Source: Candidatus Saccharimonadota bacterium
GTDB lineage: Bacteria > Patescibacteriota > Saccharimonadia > Saccharimonadales > SZUA-47
NCBI GenBank assembly: GCA_043727115.1
Contig: JAYSZA010000043.1
Location: forward strand, 975 to 64,974
Length of the DNA: 64,000 bases
Direction: 5' to 3'
The position numbers were made by a program, and so were the translations under genes. The notes under the pieces are model-generated. The model saw only the letters and a program-made list of their open reading frames with translations. It made no database searches and had not been told where the DNA came from. Positions 28,623-39,186 of the stretch are shown here, piece by piece (the stretch's first letter is position 1; the number at the start of each line of letters is the position of its first letter).

Positions 28623-29966
28623 ATGTTAAAAAAAATAATGTTCTTTATAAAGGTTAATCCACAGTATCTTATATATACATACTGGCTTTTAATAGTTGGT
28701 TTTATTGCATTTGCGATTGATTATGCAATAGTTCCCGACGAGGCGGTTCACTTTACTGCTGTAGAGTATTATTCTAGACACACACCAAACCCTTTCCTGT
28801 CTGAACAATCAGACTCATTTAATGCAGGACAGCTTACTAGACTCGGTTCGTATATTTATTACTATCTTATGGGTTTTGTCTATAACTTTGGTATTTTCAT
28901 AAACAAAAATCCGCTCATACTCGTAAGACTTCTAAGTGCTTTATTTAGCCTAGGGACATTAATCTACCTAAATAAAATCGCAGACCTATTAAGGGTTGAG
29001 AAAAAAATAAAGCTTGCAGCGTTGTTTTTGATTGCAAACTTACCGATGTTTCTAATAATATCAGCAGGTGTAAATTACGATTCACTTTCAATATTTGTAT
29101 CAACGCTAATCGCATACCATTTTATCCAACTTTCTAAGAAGTTTACTGTATATCGTAGTCTTATCCTGTTTAATTTGATTATCTTGGCACCGCTTGTTAA
29201 ATTTTCTCTTGCACCAATTTCTCTTGTAGCTGTCGCATCATACGCCATATTGTTTTTTACACGGGCTAAATCCAAGAAAAAAAACAAAAATATTAAAACA
29301 AAAGAAAAAATTATAATCTCAAGTCTACTCATAGCTTTAGTAATTATTTCAGGGATACTCATTGAGAGGTATGTAATAAACTACATTGATTATGGTGTAT
29401 TTAACCCCGTATGCGATCAAGTTTTAACAAAAGAACAATGCGCAAGTAATTTTGTTTACCAAAGAGATCAGCAGTATATTGACGCACAACTTCAGCAGCC
29501 AACTATAAACTACATTCACTACACAGCTCAGTGGTTACAGATAATGAATGCGCGTACGTATGGAGTGCTTGCTCATAACAATTTCATTGATAACTACACA
29601 GTTATTTATACTGGACTTCTTATTTCTATAGTGCTTGTACTTATGTTTATTCGTAGGTTTATGTTAACTAGAAAAAACATGTACATTGCAGTTGTAGCAG
29701 TATTCTACACCGCAGTTTTAATTTATGTGAATGCTGGTGGGTATGAGCGTTCGCAGCAAATTGGGCTTGCCGTTCAGGGAAGGTACTTATTTCCAGTAGC
29801 ATTTATCTTCACACTATTGACACTATCCTTGTATACCAAGGAATTTAATAAAATTAGAGCTAGTTTCGCGTATAAACTACTTATAATTTTGTTGATAACG
29901 TTTGCACTATTAGCCGGACCGTTTAATCTATATTACGGAACAAATAGCACATGGTGGTTTAGATAA
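28623..29966 (+). CDS. GT-C fold glycosyltransferase (ArnT/PMT/DUF2142-like)
   Basis: PDEAVHF after TM1, VNYD and QGRYLFP; multi-TM. Confidence 0.75.
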   Translation: MLKKIMFFIKVNPQYLIYTYWLLIVGFIAFAIDYAIVPDEAVHFTAVEYYSRHTPNPFLSEQSDSFNAGQLTRLGSYIYYYLMGFVYNFGIFINKNPLILVRLLSALFSLGTLIYLNKIADLLRVEKKIKLAALFLIANLPMFLIISAGVNYDSLSIFVSTLIAYHFIQLSKKFTVYRSLILFNLIILAPLVKFSLAPISLVAVASYAILFFTRAKSKKKNKNIKTKEKIIISSLLIALVIISGILIERYVINYIDYGVFNPVCDQVLTKEQCASNFVYQRDQQYIDAQLQQPTINYIHYTAQWLQIMNARTYGVLAHNNFIDNYTVIYTGLLISIVLVLMFIRRFMLTRKNMYIAVVAVFYTAVLIYVNAGGYERSQQIGLAVQGRYLFPVAFIFTLLTLSLYTKEFNKIRASFAYKLLIILLITFALLAGPFNLYYGTNSTWWFR

Positions 29967-30060
29967 TACTAGCCGATGTGTCAAAGATCCAGTATTAAAA
30001 CTTCAAGTACTTGCTTTTAGTAAAACTATATTTTGAGTGATTGGGTATAGACTGTAAACT

Positions 30061-31155
30061 GTGAACAACATGAAAAAAAATAGTAAAGTTTGCGTTGTTA
30101 CTTGTTACCGCCAGCCAAACTATGTAAGAGCCGTTGTGCTGCGTAAGTCAGTTGAAGCATCTGGATTTGAGTTGATTGTAGTAAAGAATAGGTACACAAG
30201 TATACTTAGATACCCAGAGGTTGCTATAAAACTGTTAATTTCAAGGTTTAAAAACAACCCAGACACGTATCTGGTTACGTTTAGAGGCTATGAAATCCTA
30301 CCCCTAGTACTAATAATTGGGATTGGTAAAAACATAATATTTGATGAGTTTATTAATTTGAGCGAATGGTTATTTTATGAGCACAAAATAATTCCCCCTA
30401 AATCACTGATTGCAAAGTGTTTTACAGGCTTGAATGCCTGGATTATGAATAAATCAGACGTCATCCTGGCTGACACGAGTTGTCACGCGAAGTTTAGTTC
30501 GAACCTAACAGGGATATCGAGAGAGAAGTATAGGGTTGTTCCAGTAAGTGCCGATGAGAGCATATTTTATCAACATATAAAAAAAACGAGCCTAAAACAT
30601 AAAGAATTCAAAGTGTTTTTTTATGGTTCAATGCTTCCACTGCATGGCTTGAAGTATATTCTTGAGTCAGCGGTAGATTTAAGTTCGTACAGACAAATTA
30701 AATTCGTTATTGTAGGGGGCAAGAATAAAACCCGCAAGTTGGTTGATGAGCATATACTGTTTGGAGCCCGTATCGAGTATATCGACTGGGTTCCCATAGA
30801 TAAACTCCCTGCATTAATAAATGATAGCGAACTTTGCTTGAGTGGCCCTTTTGGCGACACGGTACAGTCAAAACAGGTTATTACAGGCAAGACGTATCAA
30901 TTTATAGCAATGGGAAGGGTAGTGGTCATGGGTAGGATTGATAATATGAGTGGTTTTGAGGATAAGGTCAACTCTTTAATTATTGACCAGGGATCCTCTG
31001 CGAAACTGACTGAATCTATACTTTGGGCATATAAAAACAGAGACAAACTTAATGGTATTGAACTGAAGGCGAGACTACTCTACGATAATAAATATTCAAA
31101 TGAAGCGACAGCGAAAGTCATGAAGAAGATCTTGATGAACTTAGTTTTTGCTTGA
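30061..31155 (+). CDS. GT4 family glycosyltransferase
   Basis: FYGSMLPLHG and VITGKTYQFIAMG; GT-B pattern. Confidence 0.8.
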   Translation: MNNMKKNSKVCVVTCYRQPNYVRAVVLRKSVEASGFELIVVKNRYTSILRYPEVAIKLLISRFKNNPDTYLVTFRGYEILPLVLIIGIGKNIIFDEFINLSEWLFYEHKIIPPKSLIAKCFTGLNAWIMNKSDVILADTSCHAKFSSNLTGISREKYRVVPVSADESIFYQHIKKTSLKHKEFKVFFYGSMLPLHGLKYILESAVDLSSYRQIKFVIVGGKNKTRKLVDEHILFGARIEYIDWVPIDKLPALINDSELCLSGPFGDTVQSKQVITGKTYQFIAMGRVVVMGRIDNMSGFEDKVNSLIIDQGSSAKLTESILWAYKNRDKLNGIELKARLLYDNKYSNEATAKVMKKILMNLVFA

Positions 31156-31996
31156 AATGTAGACTACTTGAAAGAACAAAAAGCCCCAGCAAGAATAGAA
31201 AGTATATTGATCGATCCAAAACACTCGCTGCAATTACTTGTTCGCTTGGGATTTTATGTAGTGACTGCGAAAGTAGTATGAATGATTCCCTGATTCCTAT
31301 AGCCCCCGGTGTAAATGCCACAAAGAGAGCTAGATTCGCACTACCAGTGTAGGTTATTACCGATACTACACTAGGGCTAGGACCAACAACACCTATTTCA
31401 ATGTAGTATATTATGGTAACCAATGCTAGCTGTGATGCTGTGATGAAAAATATCTTGTTAATTATGTTATATGAATAGCCAAATACTGAACCTTTAGTAC
31501 GTGCAATTATCAGGCAGGCTACAACTCCAAGTGACGATAGAAGTAAAATTATTGGTTTGCTAGAAAATAGCATAATTAAACTTAAAACACCAAAAGCTAC
31601 ATAATAGACAACACTTACAAGGGAGTAGTCTTTAATTTTTATACCGTGTTTAGCTTTTAGGTATACAGCTCTATAACCTGGCCCACTTTGTAGGGGTCCA
31701 AAAAAATTCACAAGCGTTGAATATGCCGTCAGTAAGCCGGTTTCATAAAAAGATATTTCCTTTTTAAAATACTGAACTGTAGCTTTTGTAAGCATGAGAT
31801 TGGAAGAAAGGAAGAGGATGTACAGTAAAAGAATTAAACATAGTACTAAGATATTTATATTAGACAGAGGTTCCAATGCTCCAGGATTGTTTTTTATATA
31901 AAATACAAATGACAGAGAAAACAATACAAATAAAGTATAGCCAATATTTTTTCTTACGCGCTTATTTGTTAGTAGACTTAAAATTCTTTTTTTCAC
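31118..31996 (-). CDS. Lysylphosphatidylglycerol synthase TM / flippase-like (UPF0104) protein
   Basis: N.F.P...G..R..YL and TPGAIGIRE motifs; multi-TM. Confidence 0.8.
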   Translation of the reverse strand: MKKRILSLLTNKRVRKNIGYTLFVLFSLSFVFYIKNNPGALEPLSNINILVLCLILLLYILFLSSNLMLTKATVQYFKKEISFYETGLLTAYSTLVNFFGPLQSGPGYRAVYLKAKHGIKIKDYSLVSVVYYVAFGVLSLIMLFSSKPIILLLSSLGVVACLIIARTKGSVFGYSYNIINKIFFITASQLALVTIIYYIEIGVVGPSPSVVSVITYTGSANLALFVAFTPGAIGIRESFILLSQSLHKIPSEQVIAASVLDRSIYFLFLLGLFVLSSSLHFKQKLSSSRSSS

Positions 31997-32741
31997 AGAG
32001 AACCAGGTACCCTTCTGAAAGATCTGAACTGTTAAATAGTTTACTAAACCAATAGAACGGTGTGATAAATATTTCTAGATCAAATTTGTATAAGAAACTA
32101 GGCGGTTTTACTGGGTTCACTCCACTGGCTTGTGTTCTAGTTTTCATATCCTTACGAGAAAGTCCGTTCTTATCTTTTGCCAGCACTCTTCTTAAATACC
32201 TAACTATGTCCGTAAAAGGAAAGCCATAGTTAGCAAAATTAACCACATTTAATTCACTAGATTCCAATAGTTTTTTGAGACCGTCTCTTTCGTATCTCCT
32301 GTAGTGACCAACCATCGTGTCCCATTCGTCAAAAAGTTTTTCTTTAGCAGGAACTGAAATAATGACGTATCTATTTGATAGTGCAACGAGTGTTTTGAGG
32401 AGTGCTCTGTCATCCTCTACATGCTCTAACACTTCGCAACTTATAACAAGATCGTATTTTTCTTTTCCCACTAGCTTGAAAGCATCTTGTTTTTTGAATT
32501 CAAGCGCTGTTTCACTAATCCCATATTTATCACGTAACGTATTGCCGGTTTCGATCGCTTTATCTGAGAAGTCTACGCCTTTTCCTGTTTTACCGAGACT
32601 TGCGATCGAACAGTCTAGTTCTCCAGCTCCACAGCCTACATCAATAAATGATTCGAAATCAATATTTTTTATCCACGACAAAATGTTCTTTTTTCTAAAT
32701 AAATAACGCGGTGCTTTAAAGAATGTATTATTTTTCGACAT
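31962..32741 (-). CDS. Class I SAM-dependent methyltransferase
   Basis: DVGCGAG, GVDFS, EVLEHVEDD and GHYRRY. Confidence 0.9.
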   Translation of the reverse strand: MSKNNTFFKAPRYLFRKKNILSWIKNIDFESFIDVGCGAGELDCSIASLGKTGKGVDFSDKAIETGNTLRDKYGISETALEFKKQDAFKLVGKEKYDLVISCEVLEHVEDDRALLKTLVALSNRYVIISVPAKEKLFDEWDTMVGHYRRYERDGLKKLLESSELNVVNFANYGFPFTDIVRYLRRVLAKDKNGLSRKDMKTRTQASGVNPVKPPSFLYKFDLEIFITPFYWFSKLFNSSDLSEGYLVLCEKKNFKSTNK

Positions 32742-32839
32742 TACTATTAATCATACAGCAAAGTTGTTAATTCAATTAAGAAATGTGTTGTGTAAAATTA
32801 CTAAAAAGTAATTTTTAGAGATATTTCTGGCATATTATG

Positions 32840-34339
32840 TTATTTGTAAATAAAAAAGTCTAATAATGGGTTCATTGGAGGCTCAATCATGGTTAATATA
32901 GTCGGGCTATTGCTTATCTGAAGTAAACTGTTATGGTCAAGATATTGCCAGAGCCATGTTTGCGCGAGATCACCTGCGGTTACCTGTTCTCTTCCGGAGT
33001 ATGTATATTCTGAATTGATATCGTCAGATTTTCCTGAATATGTTCTTCCATCTATAAATCTTGATTGCATATCGTTTTGCCGTTCTAGGTGGAGCTTCAT
33101 CCATGTTTCTGCATTAAATTTTTTATCAAGTTCCGCAGAATTTGCAAACACATCGAGCGCGAGATAGTTCGAAATACGGCCAGTCCCCCAGTCGTTTCCT
33201 TCAGGGAAATATATCTCGTAAGATCCTGGTGTGTAAACAGTCCCACCTGGTAAGGCATATTGAGGCGATGAATAATTGTTGAATATGAAAGATGAGTATA
33301 TTAAATCAGCATTCCATGATGATAGCAATAATCCTTGTCTACCAGCTAAATTTGTTAGTTGAACCCCGTTTAATTTAAGCGAAATATTACCCATGTATTC
33401 AGGTGACAATATACTATGGTTAATTACCGTACCGTCATCATGTACGTTCCATCCGTTAATCCATTCTTTTAGCGGTTTACCGTTTACTAGTTCTTCTGAA
33501 TCCGCGTCGGATTGTCGAGCATATGAGGCTATTTGAAGTTCAGCTTCAGCCGCCCTCCATTTATGTGCGTTTTTGTGTGTAGGCATCATTACTTTTGCAA
33601 TGCTAAGTACTGTTGAGTTCCATGCGTTCTCTTCCGCTTTAGTGTCACCAGGTGTAAGTATAACGTCGTCAGATGTTGCGTAGTAGGCGACCAAATCATT
33701 ACCCTTCGAGAGCTGGTAGTTAGCTTCACTTTCTACCACCATAGCAACAATTTGTCGTTCAGACGGAGTAAGATCGTCGTATAGTAACCATCCAGCTGTA
33801 CCAAAGTAAAACGCCCAATAAGAACTTTGCCAGCTATGGCCCCAAGTATCACCTTTGTTGCCGTTGTGAACCACGTGTTTTAGCGAAGCTCCTAGCAGTA
33901 GTTGTTTTGCGCGTATAATTGCGGATTTTTCTGATATACCAACCTCTTTTTCTACGTATGCACCGGTCTTAACCGCAACCGCAACCGCATAAGATGCTGT
34001 AGAGATTGCTCGTTGATCTATACCATTTGGTTTTATAGGTCCCGTTTGATTACCGAAACAGTAGGGATACCAGGTTTTAAGTGTGTATTTAATGCTATTT
34101 GAAAAACTCAATCGTATAGATTTGTTTATTTTTCCAGTAGGTCTAGCTAAATTAATGTTCTTTGGCGGACTGATTGAAAGACTAGAATCGATTTCTGGTG
34201 GGTTGGGATTGGATCCAGAGACTCTAGTATGGGGACATTCGATGGGGGGTTCAACAGATAGAGCTACACCTGGAGCAGTATTTAAGGTAGTCGCCAGCAT
34301 CACTACGCATAAGCACAGTATTTTTTTTATTGAAATCAT
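32840..34339 (-). CDS. Secreted hypothetical protein (Trp/Tyr-rich, probably helical carbohydrate-active fold)
   Basis: Signal peptide from ATG 34339; WGHSWQS, GDTKAEENAWN and P.GNDWG motifs; function not assignable. Confidence 0.6.
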   Translation of the reverse strand: MISIKKILCLCVVMLATTLNTAPGVALSVEPPIECPHTRVSGSNPNPPEIDSSLSISPPKNINLARPTGKINKSIRLSFSNSIKYTLKTWYPYCFGNQTGPIKPNGIDQRAISTASYAVAVAVKTGAYVEKEVGISEKSAIIRAKQLLLGASLKHVVHNGNKGDTWGHSWQSSYWAFYFGTAGWLLYDDLTPSERQIVAMVVESEANYQLSKGNDLVAYYATSDDVILTPGDTKAEENAWNSTVLSIAKVMMPTHKNAHKWRAAEAELQIASYARQSDADSEELVNGKPLKEWINGWNVHDDGTVINHSILSPEYMGNISLKLNGVQLTNLAGRQGLLLSSWNADLIYSSFIFNNYSSPQYALPGGTVYTPGSYEIYFPEGNDWGTGRISNYLALDVFANSAELDKKFNAETWMKLHLERQNDMQSRFIDGRTYSGKSDDINSEYTYSGREQVTAGDLAQTWLWQYLDHNSLLQISNSPTILTMIEPPMNPLLDFFIYK

Positions 34340-34451
34340 AATTATAATTTTCTCACACACCGTGACGTATATCTATCACATTGAGTAGAATATTTTGGAG
34401 TTTACATATAAATTTAGAAAATGACTCATTTGGCTGTAATATTAAGATTAT

Positions 34452-35921
34452 ATGTCATGGAGAAATACACTAAGATCGTTGTTTAAGAGTAATTATTTTT
34501 ATATATTTATTATAGTATCTTTTATTTTATCTAGTCTTTTCGTAGCTACAATTACAAAATTTGATGTACCTCATGATGAAAGGTATCATTTTACGCTTGT
34601 GAAGCGTTTTGTGCATGAGGTAGACCCGTTTATAAACGAATTTGTAAGTGGTGATGAATTCTTCGGAGACATACAACGGAATCCTTCAATTATGTATCAC
34701 TACTTATTAAGTAAGCCTTTATATGTAGTAGAGAACATATCTCAGAATGAAGTACATCAAATATTATTTTTGCGACTGGTCAACATAATTATTGCAGTAA
34801 TTTCACTTGTTGTCGTCAGGAAATTAGCTCTAAAAGTATCTAGCTCAAAAGCCATTGCTAATCTTGTCATGGGAATGACAGCTTATAGTACGATATTTAT
34901 TTTTATATCAAGTGCGATATCTTATGATAATTTATTTGTTTTACTATTCCTCCTCTCATTCTATTTCTCAGTTGATCTAATTGAAAATAAAAATAAACCT
35001 AGATCTTTTTTTATACTTCTGGCTATATGTTTGTTTGGTTCATTGGTTAAGCAATCGTTCTTAATATTTGGCTTTTTGTATGCAGTATTTTTTATATTCC
35101 TATACTTTAAGACAGGTGTACGCTTAATAAAGCACCCGAAAAACGGCTTCTTTTTATATAGCGTAATTTTATTGGGAAAATTCACAAAAACAAATAAAAT
35201 CCTTGTTGTGTGCACTCTGATACTCGTAGGGATGTTTATGGAGCGTTATGGCATTAATGTGATTAGATATGGAACCCCACTGCCAGACTGTAGTCAAGTA
35301 CACACACTCGATGTATGTAATGAGTGGCCAGCGTATGCTAGGAACACTAATCTAAAGCAAACACTCGAAAGTCGGTCGATCAGCATGAACTTCCTGGGAT
35401 ACGCGGATTATTGGCTAGATGAAATAAGGGGCAGGACAAATGGTGTATATACTGGTTGGGATGTGAAGCATGACACGTTACTAATTAGATTGTTCATGTT
35501 GTTTTCACCGATTGTTACGTTTTATCTATTGATTGTTAACAATAAAAAATACAAAAAACTAAAATGGATAATTTTAGCAATATTTATAACAGTTGGTTTT
35601 TCCGCATTTCTGCTGCTACATAACTACACTTCATATATTAATTACAGGCATCCTGTCGCTATACAGGCTAGGTATTTGATGCCGGTACTCCCGATTATCT
35701 ACCTAACTATCATTTTTGTCATTAGTAAATCAATAAAAACAAAATCTGGTCAATCTTTGTTCTATACTATTGTTGCGGTTTGCTTCCTGACTTCAGGTAT
35801 TATTTCGTACATTCAGCTCACGAGTGGCCCGTGGTATAGAAGTGATAAACGAGTAGACTCATTGGTGCGTACCTCTAAGAGATTGGTAAGACCACTTAAC
35901 GTACTAATCGTTAAAGACTAA
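34452..35921 (+). CDS. GT-C fold glycosyltransferase, paralog of 28623..29966
   Basis: PHDERYHF, ISYDN, ERYGIN..YG..P.C.QV and QARYLMP. Confidence 0.75.
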   Translation: MSWRNTLRSLFKSNYFYIFIIVSFILSSLFVATITKFDVPHDERYHFTLVKRFVHEVDPFINEFVSGDEFFGDIQRNPSIMYHYLLSKPLYVVENISQNEVHQILFLRLVNIIIAVISLVVVRKLALKVSSSKAIANLVMGMTAYSTIFIFISSAISYDNLFVLLFLLSFYFSVDLIENKNKPRSFFILLAICLFGSLVKQSFLIFGFLYAVFFIFLYFKTGVRLIKHPKNGFFLYSVILLGKFTKTNKILVVCTLILVGMFMERYGINVIRYGTPLPDCSQVHTLDVCNEWPAYARNTNLKQTLESRSISMNFLGYADYWLDEIRGRTNGVYTGWDVKHDTLLIRLFMLFSPIVTFYLLIVNNKKYKKLKWIILAIFITVGFSAFLLLHNYTSYINYRHPVAIQARYLMPVLPIIYLTIIFVISKSIKTKSGQSLFYTIVAVCFLTSGIISYIQLTSGPWYRSDKRVDSLVRTSKRLVRPLNVLIVKD

Positions 35922-35942
35922 TAGTGTATTAGAATATTTTGA

Positions 35943-37217
35943 TTATATACCTATGCCTAAATAGGTAACGTTAGATTCTTCGCATTGTTTTTTTAACTCT
36001 GAGTGTTTGTTTCTGCCGTCTAGAAAAACCTGCGATGATTCAATTTTTTCTAGTGTAATGTTTTTAAATTCATCATGTGCTGTTGCTAAAACAATCACGT
36101 CTTGGTTTTCAAGAATTTCATCCAACGACGCATGGGTAGATTTATCGGGGAAGTATGGATCATAAGTAGATATTTCTGCATTACGTTCTTTGAGCGTGCT
36201 TATAACAGTTTTTGAGGGGCTTTCACGATCGTCACCTACATTTGCCTTGTAAGAAAGTCCTAATATGGCTACTCTTTTATTCTTTAAGCTACCCAAACCC
36301 TTTTCAATAAGTGTTTTTTCGACTGTGTCGATGGCATAGATTGGCATGTTTTCATTGATTGAACGTGCTAATTTCAAGAAATGATGATCAAAGCCGCGGC
36401 CTTTTGCATATTCAATTAGGTAGTAAGGATCAACCGGTATACAGTGGCCACCAACGCCAATTCCCGGATAATGGGCCATGAAAGCGAACGGTTTTGTTGC
36501 GGCGCCATCTATGACATTCACTACATTTATACCAAGTTTTTCAAAAGACATCGCCAGCTCATTAACGAATGCGATATTGATATCTCTAAATGAATTTTCT
36601 ACAATTTTTACTGCTTCTGCTTCTTTAAGATTACTCATTTTTTTAATTTTTGCGTTAACTAAAGTAGAGTAGAATTCGTATGCAATTTCTAACGCCTCGT
36701 TAGAGTTTGCGCCTAGGACGCGGTTAATATTGCCAACATGCCATTTTGAGTCGCCTGGGTTAATGCGCTCTGGGCAGTGTGCGATATGAAGCGTTTTGCC
36801 TATCTTGTGATTCGTAGCCGATTCGATCGCCGGAATTATTACTTCGTCACATACGCCTGGGTTAATCGTTGACTCTATGACAAGCAATGACCCATCTTTA
36901 AGATTTTTTGCAGCGCTTACCGAGGCGTTTGTGACAATAGACAGATCGGGTATTTTATTGGCGTCAACAGGTGTGGGGACGCAAATAATTGCTATGTCTA
37001 CGTTAGAAATACTTGAAAAATCATCGGTGAATCTGATTTTACTTTTTTGAAGTCTATTTTCTGCTTCAGCATCATCAATTGGTGATATTTTTTTTATAAG
37101 TTGTGCTAGTTTTTTCTTGCTTTGGTCCACTCCAACAACTTGAAATCCTTTTTCTTCGGCCAATAGAGCAAGTGGCAATCCGACATAACCAAGCCCAATA
37201 ATTGCAATGTTTTTCAC
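35943..37217 (-). CDS. UDP-N-acetylhexosamine (nucleotide sugar) dehydrogenase
   Basis: GLGYVGLP, CVPTP, ESTxxPG, PERINPG, GGHCIPVDP and D.RESP. Confidence 0.93.
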   Translation of the reverse strand: MKNIAIIGLGYVGLPLALLAEEKGFQVVGVDQSKKKLAQLIKKISPIDDAEAENRLQKSKIRFTDDFSSISNVDIAIICVPTPVDANKIPDLSIVTNASVSAAKNLKDGSLLVIESTINPGVCDEVIIPAIESATNHKIGKTLHIAHCPERINPGDSKWHVGNINRVLGANSNEALEIAYEFYSTLVNAKIKKMSNLKEAEAVKIVENSFRDINIAFVNELAMSFEKLGINVVNVIDGAATKPFAFMAHYPGIGVGGHCIPVDPYYLIEYAKGRGFDHHFLKLARSINENMPIYAIDTVEKTLIEKGLGSLKNKRVAILGLSYKANVGDDRESPSKTVISTLKERNAEISTYDPYFPDKSTHASLDEILENQDVIVLATAHDEFKNITLEKIESSQVFLDGRNKHSELKKQCEESNVTYLGIGI

Positions 37218-37260
37218 TTACACTAGATTATAACCTAAATAACAGATACAATACAGTGTA

Positions 37261-38229
37261 ATGAAGTTAGTAATTTTTACCATCTGTAAAGATGAGGCTG
37301 GAACCATAGCTGAGCTATTAAATAGAATGCCCAAGAAAATTCATGGTGTTTCGACTATTGAAACGCTAGTAGTTAGTGATGGGAGTACGGACGATACAGT
37401 TAAGATTGCACAACAAAAAGGTGCAACAGATGTAATTGAAGGAATAAAACAAAAGAGATTAGCATACAGATTCCAACAAGCAATAGATAGAGCCCTCACT
37501 ATGGGTGCAGATTATGTGGTCAATATAGATGGTGATTTACAGTTCTCACCAGAAGATATCCCCAAGCTCCTTAAGCCTATCATTGAAGGCAAGGCTGACT
37601 TTGTAGCAGCAGACAGGTTTACGGACATAGAAACTGGCACTAGACGAAGGCCAGTGAACATGCCAAAAGCAAAATATTGGGCCAACCGACTTGGCGCATG
37701 GATAGTTGGTAATCTTTCAGGAGAATCTTTCCGTGATGTTACATGCGGGTTTAGAGCCTATAACAAAAAAGCAATGATAGCAATAAATATCAACAGCAAC
37801 TACACATATACTCAAGAGTCATTCCAGGTGTTAGCTTTAAAGAAGCTGAATATTGTGTCTATGCCGATAGATGTAAAATATTATCCCGGCAGAAAAAGTA
37901 GGGTTGTGCGTAGTTTTTGGCAATTTCTTTTCGGAAGTGCACTAAATATACTTCGTGCGTACAGGGATTATGCTCCGCTAAGATTTTTTGGAACATTGAG
38001 CCTTGTTACGATAATTCCAGGATTGTTATTAGGATCGTTCGTGTCGTTTAACTGGGCATCGACGGGAAGTATTAGTCCTTATATTGCATTTGGAATAATG
38101 TCTCTATTTATGACCTCTATTGGTCTTGCATTTGGAATATTAGGGCTTGTTGCTGATATGTTTGATCGAATGTTGAACAATCAAGAAAAAATTATAGAAG
38201 AACTAAAAACACAAAAATATAAAAAATAG
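37261..38229 (+). CDS. GT2 polyprenol-phosphate glycosyltransferase with C-terminal TMs
   Basis: DGSTD, IDGDLQF and DVTCGFRAY; two C-terminal TM. Confidence 0.88.
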   Translation: MKLVIFTICKDEAGTIAELLNRMPKKIHGVSTIETLVVSDGSTDDTVKIAQQKGATDVIEGIKQKRLAYRFQQAIDRALTMGADYVVNIDGDLQFSPEDIPKLLKPIIEGKADFVAADRFTDIETGTRRRPVNMPKAKYWANRLGAWIVGNLSGESFRDVTCGFRAYNKKAMIAININSNYTYTQESFQVLALKKLNIVSMPIDVKYYPGRKSRVVRSFWQFLFGSALNILRAYRDYAPLRFFGTLSLVTIIPGLLLGSFVSFNWASTGSISPYIAFGIMSLFMTSIGLAFGILGLVADMFDRMLNNQEKIIEELKTQKYKK

Positions 38230-39087
38230 TTACACTAGATTCATTAGATATTCGCCGTAACCCGATTTCACGAGTGGTTCAGCAATTTTCTGTAACTGTT
38301 CTTGGTCAATTAATCCCTGTGTGTAGGCAATTTTCTCCGGACTACCAATTATTTGCCCAGTTCTTTTTTGGATAACACGAACATAATCAGTAGCATCGCT
38401 AAGGCTATCAATAGTTCCTGTATCCAGCCATACATCGCCATCATCCAGTGTTGTTACTTTTAGTTTTCCACGCTTTAAGTATTCTTCGTTAACTGCGGTA
38501 ATCTCTAGTTCGCCACGTTCACTCGGCTTGATATTTTTAGCGATTTCAATTACGTCATTATCATAGAAATATAGCCCCACAACAGCGTAATTAGATTTAG
38601 GGTTTGTCGGTTTTTCTTCTATAGATTTTGCTTTCAAATTTTCATCAAATTCTACTACACCATAACGTTCAGGGTCTGAAACCTGATAGGCAAATACGGT
38701 GCCACCATCTGGATCCGTGCAGGACTTTAGTGATTCATCGAGTTCATTGCCGTGGAATATGTTATCTCCAAGAACAAGAGCTACTTTGTCGTTACCGATA
38801 AAATCTTCACCGATAATGAAAGCTTGAGCGAGACCATCTGGAGATGGCTGTACAGCGTAGCTAAGACTGATGCCAAAATCAGAGCCATCGCCGAGTAATC
38901 GCTTGAATTGATCTTGCTCGTGTGGAGTCGTGATGATTAAAATATCACGAATTCCTGCTTGCATAAGTGTGCCAAGCGGATAATAAATCATAGGCTTGTC
39001 ATATATGGGGATTAGCTGCTTAGATATACCTTTGGTAATAGGATATAAACGTGTGCCTGAACCACCGGCTAGTATAATGCCTTTCAA
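38230..39087 (-). CDS. rmlA: Glucose-1-phosphate thymidylyltransferase
   Basis: [36 protein letters not shown] and WLDTGT; AAGGAG RBS plus TTG. Confidence 0.97.
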   Translation of the reverse strand: MKGIILAGGSGTRLYPITKGISKQLIPIYDKPMIYYPLGTLMQAGIRDILIITTPHEQDQFKRLLGDGSDFGISLSYAVQPSPDGLAQAFIIGEDFIGNDKVALVLGDNIFHGNELDESLKSCTDPDGGTVFAYQVSDPERYGVVEFDENLKAKSIEEKPTNPKSNYAVVGLYFYDNDVIEIAKNIKPSERGELEITAVNEEYLKRGKLKVTTLDDGDVWLDTGTIDSLSDATDYVRVIQKRTGQIIGSPEKIAYTQGLIDQEQLQKIAEPLVKSGYGEYLMNLV

Positions 39088-39186
39088 AATTTTCTCCTTA
39101 TATTCAATTACAGTCTAACACCCTGTAATATCATTGTCATCGTATCCTTCACAACATATCAATATAATTTTGTTACAATCTATAGC

